64,000 nucleotides of DNA from a virus. Taxonomy: Duplodnaviria > Caudoviricetes. The translations under genes and the position numbers were made by a program. The notes under the pieces were generated by a model. The model ran no database searches. It was not told the origin of the DNA and worked only from the letters and a program-made list of their open reading frames with translations. The stretch lies in IMG/VR virus record IMGVR_UViG_3300044699_000088, positions 1,414 through 65,413 of that record; one strand, given 5' to 3'. Positions 43,172-53,177 of the stretch are shown here, piece after piece. Position 1 is the first letter of the stretch. Each line of letters opens with the position of its first letter.

Positions 43172-44092
43172 TCAGTGACTCACGGCCCGTCGTCGGCACG
43201 GGTCAAGCGGCTCATCTTCAATGGTGATTGTGAACGTGCCGCTGGTAGGGGTGGCGACGTCCTGGCCAATCCATACGAACTGTTGACCGGACGTAAGCGG
43301 ATAGAAAATCAGGTATGGTTCTGCGGGCTCGCTTCGCTGCGTTAGCCGAGAAGACGCATTCACGGACGCTGCTTCGAGATATTTTGGGAAGCTAGTCGAG
43401 ACAACAATACGGATTGGAATGCCTGCGGTTGCGGTGAATTCGTAGCGTTTGAAATAGGTGGTCTTGGCGACAGAGCAAGCGGCATCAGCGGGGCCGATGG
43501 CGCCGCTGACCTGCACATTCCGTGTCAATGTGCCGGCCGTTTGACAAGTCGTCGGTAGAGTCGGTGTTCCGCAAGTTAGAGCGAGGGTATATGCACCAGT
43601 GGCGAACTTCGCGACGAAGCCGAATCCGATGTAGTACGCTCCGGCCGTCGTAAACGTGTAGGTCACCGTTACTGGTGATGGTCCGTTGCTTTGCTTCAGG
43701 ATGCTTCCGTTACTCTGGATGGTGACTAGCTGTTGATATCCGGTCGCCGTCGTTGCCGTGATCGTCAGCGTTTGGCCAGCCAGAGCGTTGAACGTCCACA
43801 GATCGATGTAGTACTCGCCGCTGAGGCATGATGGGTTTCCGTTCATGGTGGTATTGCACGACAGCGTAGGGGCAACAGTGCACGACAGGGGGCCGATTCT
43901 TTGCGCCGATGGTTGCGCCCGCTCGGCCAGCAACTTAGATACTTGCTGGACCATCCCCGGATCGGTCGTTTCGATGGCCGAATGGCCGCCGAGTGATTGG
44001 CGTGACTCCGGCCTGATGACGTGAGTCTGTCCGCCGAGAACTGACACGAAAACGAAAACCACAAACGCGGTGCTCGCTACCACTTTGCCCAT
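43172..44092 (-). CDS. Secreted protein with two PPC-like beta domains and C-terminal RRRAVSH
   Basis: Signal peptide; YIDLWTFNALAGQTLTI, GAYTLAL, YFKRYEFTATAG. Confidence 0.75.
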   Translation of the reverse strand: MGKVVASTAFVVFVFVSVLGGQTHVIRPESRQSLGGHSAIETTDPGMVQQVSKLLAERAQPSAQRIGPLSCTVAPTLSCNTTMNGNPSCLSGEYYIDLWTFNALAGQTLTITATTATGYQQLVTIQSNGSILKQSNGPSPVTVTYTFTTAGAYYIGFGFVAKFATGAYTLALTCGTPTLPTTCQTAGTLTRNVQVSGAIGPADAACSVAKTTYFKRYEFTATAGIPIRIVVSTSFPKYLEAASVNASSRLTQRSEPAEPYLIFYPLTSGQQFVWIGQDVATPTSGTFTITIEDEPLDPCRRRAVSH

Positions 44093-44165
44093 TTGATCGC
44101 CCCTCTGCTTGCCAGTCTACCCTAGGTAGAGCCGGCAAGCAGGAAGGCGGTAGTTATTCGGATGT

Positions 44166-44537
44166 CTACTCGACCAGATGGACGGCATCCGCTGAGCAAA
44201 CCACGGCGCCTGTGCAGTTGTTCTTTACGCCCGCGCCCTTCTCCTCGCATGCGATGTGAATCACGGCGTCTCCACCGTGCTTGGCCGCATAAACGGACAG
44301 CAGTGCCAGTGCCTCTTCTGTCGCCATCGCAGGGCTGGAATTGGTGCTACATGCGACGCTCTTGATTCGCGCTACAAGCTGGTAGGCGCCGGGTGGGTTC
44401 TTGTTCGTGGTGAACATCTGGACCTGGCGAAGCGGTTTGTTGGCTTCCTTAATCGGGTCTGAGGTTGTTTGGCAGCCGACGAGAGTGACGGCGAAAAGGG
44501 CGGCAAGATGGAATGCGGGAACTAGGTTTGCGTTCAT
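44166..44537 (-). CDS. RcsF-like lipoprotein
   Basis: LVGC lipobox; four Cys with RcsF-like spacing (SVAC..AAKHGGDAVIHIAC..C..VVCSADAV). Confidence 0.6.
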   Translation of the reverse strand: MNANLVPAFHLAALFAVTLVGCQTTSDPIKEANKPLRQVQMFTTNKNPPGAYQLVARIKSVACSTNSSPAMATEEALALLSVYAAKHGGDAVIHIACEEKGAGVKNNCTGAVVCSADAVHLVE

Positions 44538-44555
44538 GCCGAAGTCTAGCATGAG

Positions 44556-44579
44556 TGCCCGATTGCCGGCAAGTGGGCA
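44556..44579 (-). promoter_or_regulatory. Palindromic operator overlapping lipoprotein promoter
   Basis: 22/24 match to the 44968 palindrome; -35 TTGCCG, extended -10 TGCTAGACT on minus strand. Confidence 0.7.
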
Positions 44580-44584
44580 GAAGA

Positions 44585-44884
44585 CTATTTTCCTGATTGC
44601 CCGCGTGGCTTCTTTGCTGAGGCTTTCTTTGCCAAGGCCTTCTCTGCTGCCGCCTTCTTCGCCTTAGCCTTGCCTCCCCGGCTGCCGATCGCCCGGCGTT
44701 CTTCTGGTGTGCGCGCCGCTTGAGAAGCCTTCCCCCCCTTGACTCCGATCTCTTGACGTTGCCTTGGAGCGAGAGCTTCCGCTCTAGCGAGCCCGCCTCT
44801 CTGAGAGAACTCGACCATCGTTAGCGGAGACGGCTTAGTTGTGCAGCGGGTTCCTGCGCGTTTTTGACGTGGTGCCTTCGCCAT
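44585..44884 (-). CDS. KGG-repeat basic protein, probable regulator
   Basis: SQRGGLARAEALAPRQRQEIGVKGG..PEERRAIGSRGG; flanked by operators. Confidence 0.65.
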   Translation of the reverse strand: MAKAPRQKRAGTRCTTKPSPLTMVEFSQRGGLARAEALAPRQRQEIGVKGGKASQAARTPEERRAIGSRGGKAKAKKAAAEKALAKKASAKKPRGQSGK

Positions 44885-44967
44885 GCACTTTTATTTTGCC
44901 GCACGAACTAGCCCGTCGGCAAGTGTGCCTATTGATGGAGGGTTCCATAACCAACAAATATCTTCTC

Positions 44968-45003
44968 TGCCCACTTGCCGGCAAGTGGGCAATAGGCTAT
45001 ACT
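44968..45003 (+). promoter_or_regulatory. Promoter TTGCCG-17-TATACT covered by perfect 24-bp palindrome
   Basis: TGCCCACTTGCCGGCAAGTGGGCA at 44968-44991; upstream of rightward operon. Confidence 0.8.
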
Positions 45004-46127
45004 GCCTTCAGTAAAGACAACCGCCCAACAGGAGAAACCAAAATGACCTGCTTCGTCCTTCGCCTCGACACCGTAACCAAGACCTGGAAGCTCGTAGCGG
45101 CCTGCAATTCGAAGGTGAAGGCCGAGGCAATCGCGAACGAGATGCGGAAGGCTTGGCACCAGGTCAAGATCACCGAGATTCAGACTGTGAAGACAGAGCG
45201 CTCGGCGGTGGCAGCATGAGCGGGCGTTGCGATACCCACTGCGGGCAATACATGGTCGAGCTTTCCAAAGCCGCTATGTATCGCCGCCTCGCCCTCGCCG
45301 GTCGAATCAACAACGTCACCGGCAAGCGCGATTACGCGAGCCTTGGCCGGGTCGCGATCGACCTAGCGCGCGCTATTCGGCAGCAGGTTCCGCATGGTTA
45401 CCCGTGGGCCGTGGGGTATCGATACGAGCCGGCGGAGTTGGGAGCGGTTGGACGGCGGATGGTGGTCTATATCGAAAACGTTGAAGCGAAACTCGAAGAA
45501 ATGGCAGCGTAAACAGTAGGAGACGACAAATGGAGTATCTAGTGAGCATCCACATCCCGACCACGGAATCCACTCCAGAGCTTGCGGCGCTAGAAGTTGC
45601 GAATGCGCTCCGCACGTGGCCAATCGAAGACGTAATAGCGGCGATGGAAATTCGAGAGTGGCCGATCGAGCATCGCCAGCTATAGCGGAGGTCAATCATG
45701 CACCCCGAAGAGCAGGAAGACATCCAAATCGTGCGCGAAGCAATGGATCACGCCGCGCGCCAGATCCTGACCGCGCATCGCGCGTTCAACCGGGACGAGG
45801 TAGAGAAGTGGCCGGCGTGGCTGGTCTCGTGGATCGCGCCAGCCGTTGCCGAGGCTAATAGAGCAAGTCTGTATACGACGGTCGTCATGAGGAGAGAGCG
45901 ATGAGCACCGCGCATGGTTACGACTACGTGATTCTTCATCCAGGTAATTGCGGATGCCGGCACGACGGATGGTTGCCTGATGAGGCGGCAGCCGGTGATA
46001 TGTGCCGGATCTGTGACTACTCGCTCGGTCTCAATGTGCCGGTAACGCTCGACGATGGGAAGCTCCATGCGCATTTGAGCTGCCAAGTCGAGAGGGAAGA
46101 GCGGGAGTGGGAGAGGGAGGAGCGGCG

Positions 46128-46418
46128 ATGAAGGGCACCGTGATCTATCCAGACGGCCGGCGCGAACCCATCACGCTCACCGAAGAGAACAAGCTCCGCG
46201 AGATCTACGCGGTGATCGGCTGCACTGTGGTCGAGCATGTAACGCTAAAAGGTGGGGGTTGTATGTGGTTCGACGGTGAGGGGACATTTCATGTTGATAC
46301 GCTACCGACTGCGGAACGGGTCGCGATCAGCAACGACGAGGCGACCCTGCTACTGCTTGATGCTACTGGCGTTCCGTGGGATTGCGTCACTGGCGTGGTG
46401 GTGGTGGAGGCGCGATGA
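46128..46418 (+). CDS. DUF3846-like protein
   Basis: LREIYAVIGCTVVE, MWFDGEG, NDEAT, VTGVVVV. Confidence 0.55.
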   Translation: MKGTVIYPDGRREPITLTEENKLREIYAVIGCTVVEHVTLKGGGCMWFDGEGTFHVDTLPTAERVAISNDEATLLLLDATGVPWDCVTGVVVVEAR

Positions 46419-46434
46419 GCGCGACCCGCGTTAC

Positions 46435-46632
46435 CTACGCCTTCCACCGCGCCTTAGCCGCTTTCTTGGCGATGTCCGACCGGCGCTTTTGGCTGAGCTT
46501 CAAGGCTCTAGCGTGCCCGCCCTTGGATGCTCCCAGCTTCGAGAGGGCCGAGGCCGCAGCGCTTACAGCCGGGTCCACGGTGGGCTCTTCTGGTGGTGGG
46601 TCAGCCGTGCTCTTCTTGGCTCTTCGCGGCAT
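46435..46632 (-). CDS. Small basic KGG/AAKARW-type protein
   Basis: AASALSKLGASKGGHARALKLSQKRRSDIAKKAAKARW. Confidence 0.7.
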   Translation of the reverse strand: MPRRAKKSTADPPPEEPTVDPAVSAAASALSKLGASKGGHARALKLSQKRRSDIAKKAAKARWKA

Positions 46633-46699
46633 CGAGACACAGGGTACCGCTGAAGTCCGAATAAGTCACGCTGCGATGCCTCACTAAGACCGAATTCGC

Positions 46700-46728
46700 T
46701 TGCATCCTTGCCCGAGCAAGCATACAAT
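46700..46728 (+). promoter_or_regulatory. Promoter TTGCAT-17-TACAAT with CTTGC..GCAAG dyad
   Basis: Spacer holds CTTGCCCGAGCAAG; divergent from the 46435-46632 gene. Confidence 0.65.
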
Positions 46729-47430
46729 GGTTCAGCAATGAAAACGATCCGCATGGCTTCTCATCTCGTGACTGGCGGTCATGGCTTCGCGGTCAAGCTG
46801 TGCGATGCGTGCAACGTCATCGCGCTCGCCAAAGTCCCCGACGCCGACTCCATTCCGATGTTTGGAGAAGACACGCGACGTTGGGCTTGCGATTCGTGCG
46901 GACCTGGGCGGCTGGCAGTGGTGATCCCGTTCCCGAAGAGAGGCAAGCTATGAGTTACTACACCGTCCCCATCGAACCCGACACATGTGTCTGCACTCAC
47001 CACGTTGACGAGTGCGAAGAGGGAGAAGACTTAGACGAATGCTATGCCTGCTATCTCGAGGACTGTGAGATGGAAGAGGGGCAGGCGGATGACGACGGAG
47101 ATTACGAAGAGATGCACAGGAGATTGCAATAATGGCAGCCAGACAACTACCAGCCCCAGGAACCAAGTACGGACCGTGCGAGGGAGAGTGCGCCGATCGC
47201 GACTGCGCAGCAATACGAGCAGAAGCCGCCGCGATCTGCGAATACTGCAATATCTCGATCGGATACGAGGTGTCCTTCTATCGTGATGGCACCGGAGTGA
47301 GGGCCAGCTACCACGCGGTTTGTCTTGAGGATGCGATAGACCGTGAAGCGAAAAGGGTATAGCCAATGAGGTGAGGGGGGGAGGAGTTCTTCGCAGTAGA
47401 ATTGAACAATCAACCGCAGGGAGATTTCAG

Positions 47431-48252
47431 ATGACCGAGATTGCTGCACTACCAACACGACGCAACAACGGACCGAGCCCAGAGCTTATTGAGCAGGTTG
47501 TCATTAAAGGCGATCTCTCGGCGCTTACCCCTGCACAACGAAGCGAGTATTACGCACAAGTTTGCAGCTCGCTTGGACTCAATCCGCTTACCAAACCATT
47601 CGACTACCTTACACTCAAAGAGAAGGAAGGCAGCGCGAAGCTCGTTCTCTACGCAAAGAAGGATTGCACCGACCAACTACGGCAGCTCAAAAACGTTTCT
47701 GTCCAGATCGTCGGCCGTGAGCAGGTCGGGGAAATCTATCTAGTCACCGCCAGGGCTGTCATGCCTAATGGTCGCCTCGACGAGTCTGTTGGCGCGGTCA
47801 CAATTGCGAACCTCCGTGGCGATTACCTAGCTAACGCTTTGATGAAGGCTGAGACGAAAGCGAAGCGGCGTGTAACGTTGTCGATTTGTGGCCTCGGTCT
47901 GCTCGATGAATCGGAGCTTGAAGAAGCTGGCGCTTTCGCTGGCGACGATACTCCCGCACAACATCCGCAGTTTGCAGAGCCCCAGCCGGCCGAACAGCCC
48001 GAGGAGGGAGTGGTCGACGGTGATGCTCCGCGTGTTGTTGGGGTTCGGGTCGCGAAGACTGGCAAAAACACTAACGGCGAATGGCGGTTGTATGTAGTGA
48101 AGCTGAGCAACGACAAGGAATACACGACCTTTAGCGAGACAGTCGCGACAAAAGCAAAGGAACTTTTGGCTGCCAAGGTTCCCGTTAGCTTTGAGGCTGA
48201 TGACAAGGGTGACGGAAAATTGAGCCTCATCCTGATCGAGGCCGCTCAATGA
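47431..48252 (+). CDS. Single-strand annealing recombinase (RecT/Bet-like)
   Basis: CSSLGLNPLTKPF, NALMKAETKAKRRVTLSICGLG; next to an exonuclease. Confidence 0.75.
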   Translation: MTEIAALPTRRNNGPSPELIEQVVIKGDLSALTPAQRSEYYAQVCSSLGLNPLTKPFDYLTLKEKEGSAKLVLYAKKDCTDQLRQLKNVSVQIVGREQVGEIYLVTARAVMPNGRLDESVGAVTIANLRGDYLANALMKAETKAKRRVTLSICGLGLLDESELEEAGAFAGDDTPAQHPQFAEPQPAEQPEEGVVDGDAPRVVGVRVAKTGKNTNGEWRLYVVKLSNDKEYTTFSETVATKAKELLAAKVPVSFEADDKGDGKLSLILIEAAQ

Positions 48253-48863
48253 GCAACGTAGTCCCATTCCCGGCGCCTGACCTCCGGTTCGAACCGGAAG
48301 AGCACCGCTACTTTCTCGGCGATGACGAGCTACCAAGCGTGACGACGGTCCTCAAGCGCGCGGGATTGGTAAACTATGATTTCTGCACGGAGTACGCCCG
48401 CGAGCGCGGGAGTGTCATTCACAAAGCCATCCACTTAGAGCTCTCCGGTAAGGGGCTGGACTGGAGCACTCTAAACGAGGAGCTTCATCCTCCTGTGTCG
48501 GGCGCGCTGCAATTCGTTGAGGACATGAAAGCCAAGACGATCGCCACCGAGGAACGCGTCCACTCCACCCTCTACCGCTACGCCGGCACGCTCGACTGGC
48601 GCGGCATTATCGACGGCAAGCTATGGATTATTGACTGGAAGAGCTTCATGACGCCCACAAAAGCCACAGGCTGGCAGACCGCCGGCTACGCCGACGCCTC
48701 GACGGAGATGACCGGGCAGCGCGTCTCCAAGCGTTGCGCCGTGCACCTGGCCCCCGATGGGCGCTACAAAACAGAGCTGTACGAATCGCGAGCTGACCTC
48801 CAAGTTTTCCGTGCTGCTCTAATCATTGCCAACGTGCGAAGGGAAGTAGGACTGCTGTCTTAG
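48249..48863 (+). CDS. PD-(D/E)XK phage exonuclease
   Basis: HRY, PSVTTVL, RGSVIH, YAGTLD, IIDWKS, QTAGY. Confidence 0.85.
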   Translation: MSNVVPFPAPDLRFEPEEHRYFLGDDELPSVTTVLKRAGLVNYDFCTEYARERGSVIHKAIHLELSGKGLDWSTLNEELHPPVSGALQFVEDMKAKTIATEERVHSTLYRYAGTLDWRGIIDGKLWIIDWKSFMTPTKATGWQTAGYADASTEMTGQRVSKRCAVHLAPDGRYKTELYESRADLQVFRAALIIANVRREVGLLS

Positions 48864-49080
48864 CGAGGATATGACAAATGGAAAACAACACGCATCATCA
48901 GTGGGGCGCGCAAAAACCGAACGGCGAGCAATGGTGCGAAAGGTGCGATTACGTCAAGGCCCTTGTCAGCAACGGGTACACGCTTCGCGTTCGCTACCGT
49001 AGACACAGCGACACGCGTTGGAGTACGCGTACGCGCGCTTGCATGCCGACCGAAACACTCGAAGAAATTACAGGACTGTT

Positions 49081-49785
49081 ATGACTACCACCGAGCTAGT
49101 TGCCGCGTCAGTGGCCTCTTCCGTCGAACTAGAAACCCGCGCGATTGCATGGCCAGATCGCGCCCGCGCACTAAAGATTGTGGACGCGCAAAGCTATGTT
49201 GAGTCTGCGGAGCTGCTGAACGAGATCAAGGATCTCCGCCGAGAGATTCACAACACGTTCGATCCGATTGTGGGCAAGGCATACGACGCTCACAAGGAAG
49301 CGATCAAGCAAAAGAAGCGGCACGAAGACCCGCTCGTGATCGCCGAGGCAATCATCAAGGGGTCGATCGTCGCCTACGATTACCAGCAAGAGCAGATCCG
49401 CCAAGCGGAAGAGGCGCGGCTCCGCGACGAGGCGCGCAAGCGGGAAGAGGAACGCATCCTCCTGGAGGCCATCGAGGCAGAGCAGGACGGTGATACGGAG
49501 TCGGCGGCGGAGATCCTAGCCGAGCCGATCGTGACGCCCCTGGTTCACGCGGCGCCCAACGTGCCCAAGGTCTCCGGCATCTCCATGCGGGAGACCTGGA
49601 CATTTGAGGTGACAAACCTCCATCAACTCATCGCCCACTGTGCCAGCCACCCCGAGGACGCGAATCTCCTGCAGGCGAACAGCGTGGCCATCGGCGCCAT
49701 GGTTCGGGCCCGTGGCAAGGCGTTCAACGTGCCGGGCATTCGGGCCGGGCTCAAGAAAGGTGTTGCGGCAGGCGGGAAGCGATAG
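49081..49785 (+). CDS. Coiled-coil protein in recombination module
   Basis: Helical body; KVSGISMRETWTFEV, NVPGIR. Confidence 0.7.
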   Translation: MTTTELVAASVASSVELETRAIAWPDRARALKIVDAQSYVESAELLNEIKDLRREIHNTFDPIVGKAYDAHKEAIKQKKRHEDPLVIAEAIIKGSIVAYDYQQEQIRQAEEARLRDEARKREEERILLEAIEAEQDGDTESAAEILAEPIVTPLVHAAPNVPKVSGISMRETWTFEVTNLHQLIAHCASHPEDANLLQANSVAIGAMVRARGKAFNVPGIRAGLKKGVAAGGKR

Positions 49786-50368
49786 GCAGTCACCAGTATA
49801 AGAACAGGATAAATATCATGGCAAAATGCACGAAACACGACTTCAGCACCGAGCACGTAGAGCTGCTCGTCACTCTGGTTGACGCCCACCTGGAGTCCAT
49901 CCGTTACGCCAGCGATCTAGACGCCGTCGGCAACGCCTGGACGGTGCGCAAGATCTTGGGTGCGATGCTTCCCGGCACAGAGGCCAAGCCCAAGCGAGCG
50001 CGCCGGCAATCTACGCTCGCTCTGGCCGTTACGCCTGTCGAGCCTGTGGCCGATCGCGACACGTTCCCAACGGACAGTACGCTTTTCTTTGAAGAGGAGC
50101 TGCTCTGATGCAGCGGAAGAGTTGCTTGGCGCGCAGCGAGGACGGACGGTATGGGTGGGCCACGTTTTACCTGGATGGACACCGGATTGACCTTCACGTG
50201 GGAGATGGGAAGTTCACCCTAGAAGTCGATGCGAAGTCGATCACGGTGGCTGCTAACGCCAACTATCCCGTCAGCTTGGCCATGACGCTTGAAGAACTCG
50301 CCGCTACATTTAAGGATGCAGCAAAGCAGGAGCGCGAGCGCCTTGCCGCTAGAAAGGAGGCACCCTAA

Positions 50369-50737
50369 GTGGGACTCGACACCACACACGATTGCTGGCA
50401 CGGCCCGTATAGCGCGTTCATGCGCTGGCGATGCTGGCTACACCTGTTCATCACCGAGGACCCCAAGGGGGCCACGGAGGAGGCTCTACGGGATGCATGG
50501 GTATCAGGTCGGTATTCTGATCAATCCGTACCGATCAATGTGCTCATGAACCACTCCGACTGTGATGGTGAGATCCCGGCCGACGTGTGCGGGCCGCTGG
50601 CTGATGCGCTGGAGGCTCTGATGTCTAAGAAGATGCCACCGCGCGCCCTGTACGACCAGATGCGGCCTGCTACAGAACGGTTCATTGCCGGCCTTCGCTT
50701 GGCCGCATCACGCAGCGAAGCGGTAGGGTTTCATTAG
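50369..50737 (+). CDS. Conserved hypothetical phage protein
   Basis: MGLD..YSAFMRWR..LMNHSDCDGEI. Confidence 0.65.
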   Translation: MGLDTTHDCWHGPYSAFMRWRCWLHLFITEDPKGATEEALRDAWVSGRYSDQSVPINVLMNHSDCDGEIPADVCGPLADALEALMSKKMPPRALYDQMRPATERFIAGLRLAASRSEAVGFH

Positions 50738-51520
50738 TTGAAAAGGAGGACTTTTGATGACTCGCGAGATCAACGAACCGGGCGACTGTCCCTCGCTCCC
50801 GCTAGCCGGCGGATCGTGCAACGGAAAGGCGGGTCATGTCGGCAAGCATTGGCATCCGCTCATTCACGCTGATGGCTGTCGAACTATTTTGGAGTGGGAG
50901 CGTGACGGTGAACCGCCATATCCGGCGAACGTTCCTCGCATTCCGCACTTCCTCGTGAGCTGGAAGCATCCACACACGATTGAGGACTAATCGAAGAGGA
51001 GGAGCCTCGACAGCCATGAGTCGAAGAAAATCAACATATACAGTCCGTTGCGTCGAGCCGGGTTGCCACGAGTCGTCTTTCTATGAGTTCGATTCGCAGC
51101 GGGAGCGGCACGACTCTGGGGTTGTTGGCAAGCCGTGGTTCTGTGTTCGCCATAGCATGAAAGAGCGCGTCATCACGCCAGAGCGCCCACGAGTCGAATG
51201 GACTTCCGAGCCGGTTGCCGAAAGGTCGTATGGCAAGTTCGCGGGCGGAGATGGCGTGCTTATAAGCCGAGCCTACTATGCGGAGGTGAAGGACTTCCCT
51301 GTGGGCACTGTGTTCAAAATTACCTGCGAGGCGATCATGCCATGACTTACCTATACGATCCGCCTGATCCCGACCCGCGCGAAGATGCGCCGGAGTGCAT
51401 CTGTGATGATCCCGGCAACCCCGACGCGGACTCGGCGCCCGATTGCTACTACCATGGCGATCACCGTTCGCGAGCGCAAAGGCAAGCCGATGAGTACATT
51501 TAAGGCTAGAGGAAACGACG

Positions 51521-52069
51521 ATGAGCGAACCTGATGACGATGACTATGAGATGCCTCGCTACTCGGAAGATGCGGCGCACGCTCATGACACAGACTTGGA
51601 AAACCACCAGTTAATGTTCCGCATGCCGAGCAATGCCGTCGTCAACGTGACGACGCATTGCAGCGCGGAAGATGCGGCGATGCTTCGCGATCCGATGCTA
51701 GTATTCGCTCGCCTCTGTGGCGCGGAAATGGCCGGCCCTTTGGCAACGCTAGTCAAGGATTGGCCGGTGATGCGGGCGCAGCTACTGGGGCTGATCGACA
51801 ACGCCAACAAGGAAACGCCTTTTCTAGTTCGCCACGAAGTGCAAATCGTCCTTCCTAGCGGTACCGTCATCACAATCGACGCCAAGCTGCACGGTGATCT
51901 AGATGACCGCCCTATGCTGCGAGACCCGGCTTTAGTCTTTGCGTTCCTTTGCGGAGCGAAGGTCGATGAGCGAGCGTGGGCGCGGGTCGGAGACTGGCCC
52001 GCACTGCGCGCAGCCCTGCGCGGTTTGATCGATGACTCTGAGAGGATGAGCTGGGGCGTGAGCTCATGA
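51521..52069 (+). CDS. Hypothetical protein with internal duplication
   Basis: Two copies of MLRDPxLVFAxLCGA..DWPxxRAxLxGLID. Confidence 0.7.
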   Translation: MSEPDDDDYEMPRYSEDAAHAHDTDLENHQLMFRMPSNAVVNVTTHCSAEDAAMLRDPMLVFARLCGAEMAGPLATLVKDWPVMRAQLLGLIDNANKETPFLVRHEVQIVLPSGTVITIDAKLHGDLDDRPMLRDPALVFAFLCGAKVDERAWARVGDWPALRAALRGLIDDSERMSWGVSS

Positions 52070-52721
52070 AGATTGTCGTCACTGCACGCGAAATCATCGA
52101 CGTAGACGGAGCGTGGGAGGAGTTCTGCGCCGATCACGGGATCAACCTCTACGCGCGGCGCGAAGGACTGATGGGCGACGACGAAGAATTCGTGCTCACG
52201 CTGGAACAAGCGGAGCGTTATAGGCTCATTCCTCGGCGCGGGGGCGTGTGATGGCCAAAAGAGGATTCTATAACGTCTACGCCGCCTTCAGCGCCGCTCG
52301 TCTTGCCATGCAGCATGCCCGTGGCCGAACCGAAGACAACGGATGGTCGCGCTCCGGCAATTGGTACGATGACCGGAAGCTCGAGCTGGCGACGGCGGAG
52401 CAGAAATACGCGAAGGCTCGAGAGGAGTGGGAGGCGGCGGGGTGCCCCACACCGAAGCGCAAGCGGAAGCGAGGATAAGGACACATCCAAAATGACCGAC
52501 CGAATCAACGATAGCAAACGGATGGCTACCGCAGTGCACGTGATGATTGAGGCGGCGACGCGTTTGGGCCAGATGGTCGCCTCCCTCGCTGCGCAAGATG
52601 ACCCCGGACCTGATTGGGCAAACTGGAGGGCCCGGCTAACCATCGCCCTCGGTCGATTTGACAGGGCGCGGGAGGCATATCTGGAAATCGCGCGAGAGAT
52701 TGTCGAGGGGGAGGACGCGAA

Positions 52722-53177
52722 TTGATTGACACCTCCGAAAAGCCACGCCTGCCCGTAATCGGCGAGTTCGTTCGCGGAGTCGGAACGCTCCACGCGATCG
52801 AGCAGCCACCACCGAGTCATCCTCCGCTGGAGTACATCTTCGCTGAGATCAGTGCGCGTAAAGAGATGCGCAGACGAGGGCACCTCATCCGCAAGCTGGA
52901 TACGCTGAATGATTTCTACGGGCGCGGGACCAGCGTCGAGATGGCGATCCAAGAAATGAAGAAACTCGCTGAGTTGGAAGAGATCACCGCCGATAGTGAG
53001 GTTGAGCTGGTTGTCGTCCGCGTGGTGAGTTACTTTCGGGCACACCCGGACTCCAGCAAGAACGTCTATGACAAGCGCTTCGTGAATATGGAAACGTTGC
53101 CACACGGCTCTCAGTGGAATGTGCCGGACGATGAGGAGGCCGAGGTGTGGTCATCGCAACGAGGCGACCTTCGATGA
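52722..53177 (+). CDS. Hypothetical phage protein
   Basis: 151-aa ORF in coupled early operon. Confidence 0.55.
   Translation: MIDTSEKPRLPVIGEFVRGVGTLHAIEQPPPSHPPLEYIFAEISARKEMRRRGHLIRKLDTLNDFYGRGTSVEMAIQEMKKLAELEEITADSEVELVVVRVVSYFRAHPDSSKNVYDKRFVNMETLPHGSQWNVPDDEEAEVWSSQRGDLR

Noticed and set aside
48249-48863. Cas4 / CRISPR adaptation gene
   Set aside because: No Fe-S cysteine cluster; sits beside an SSAP as a normal recombination exonuclease.
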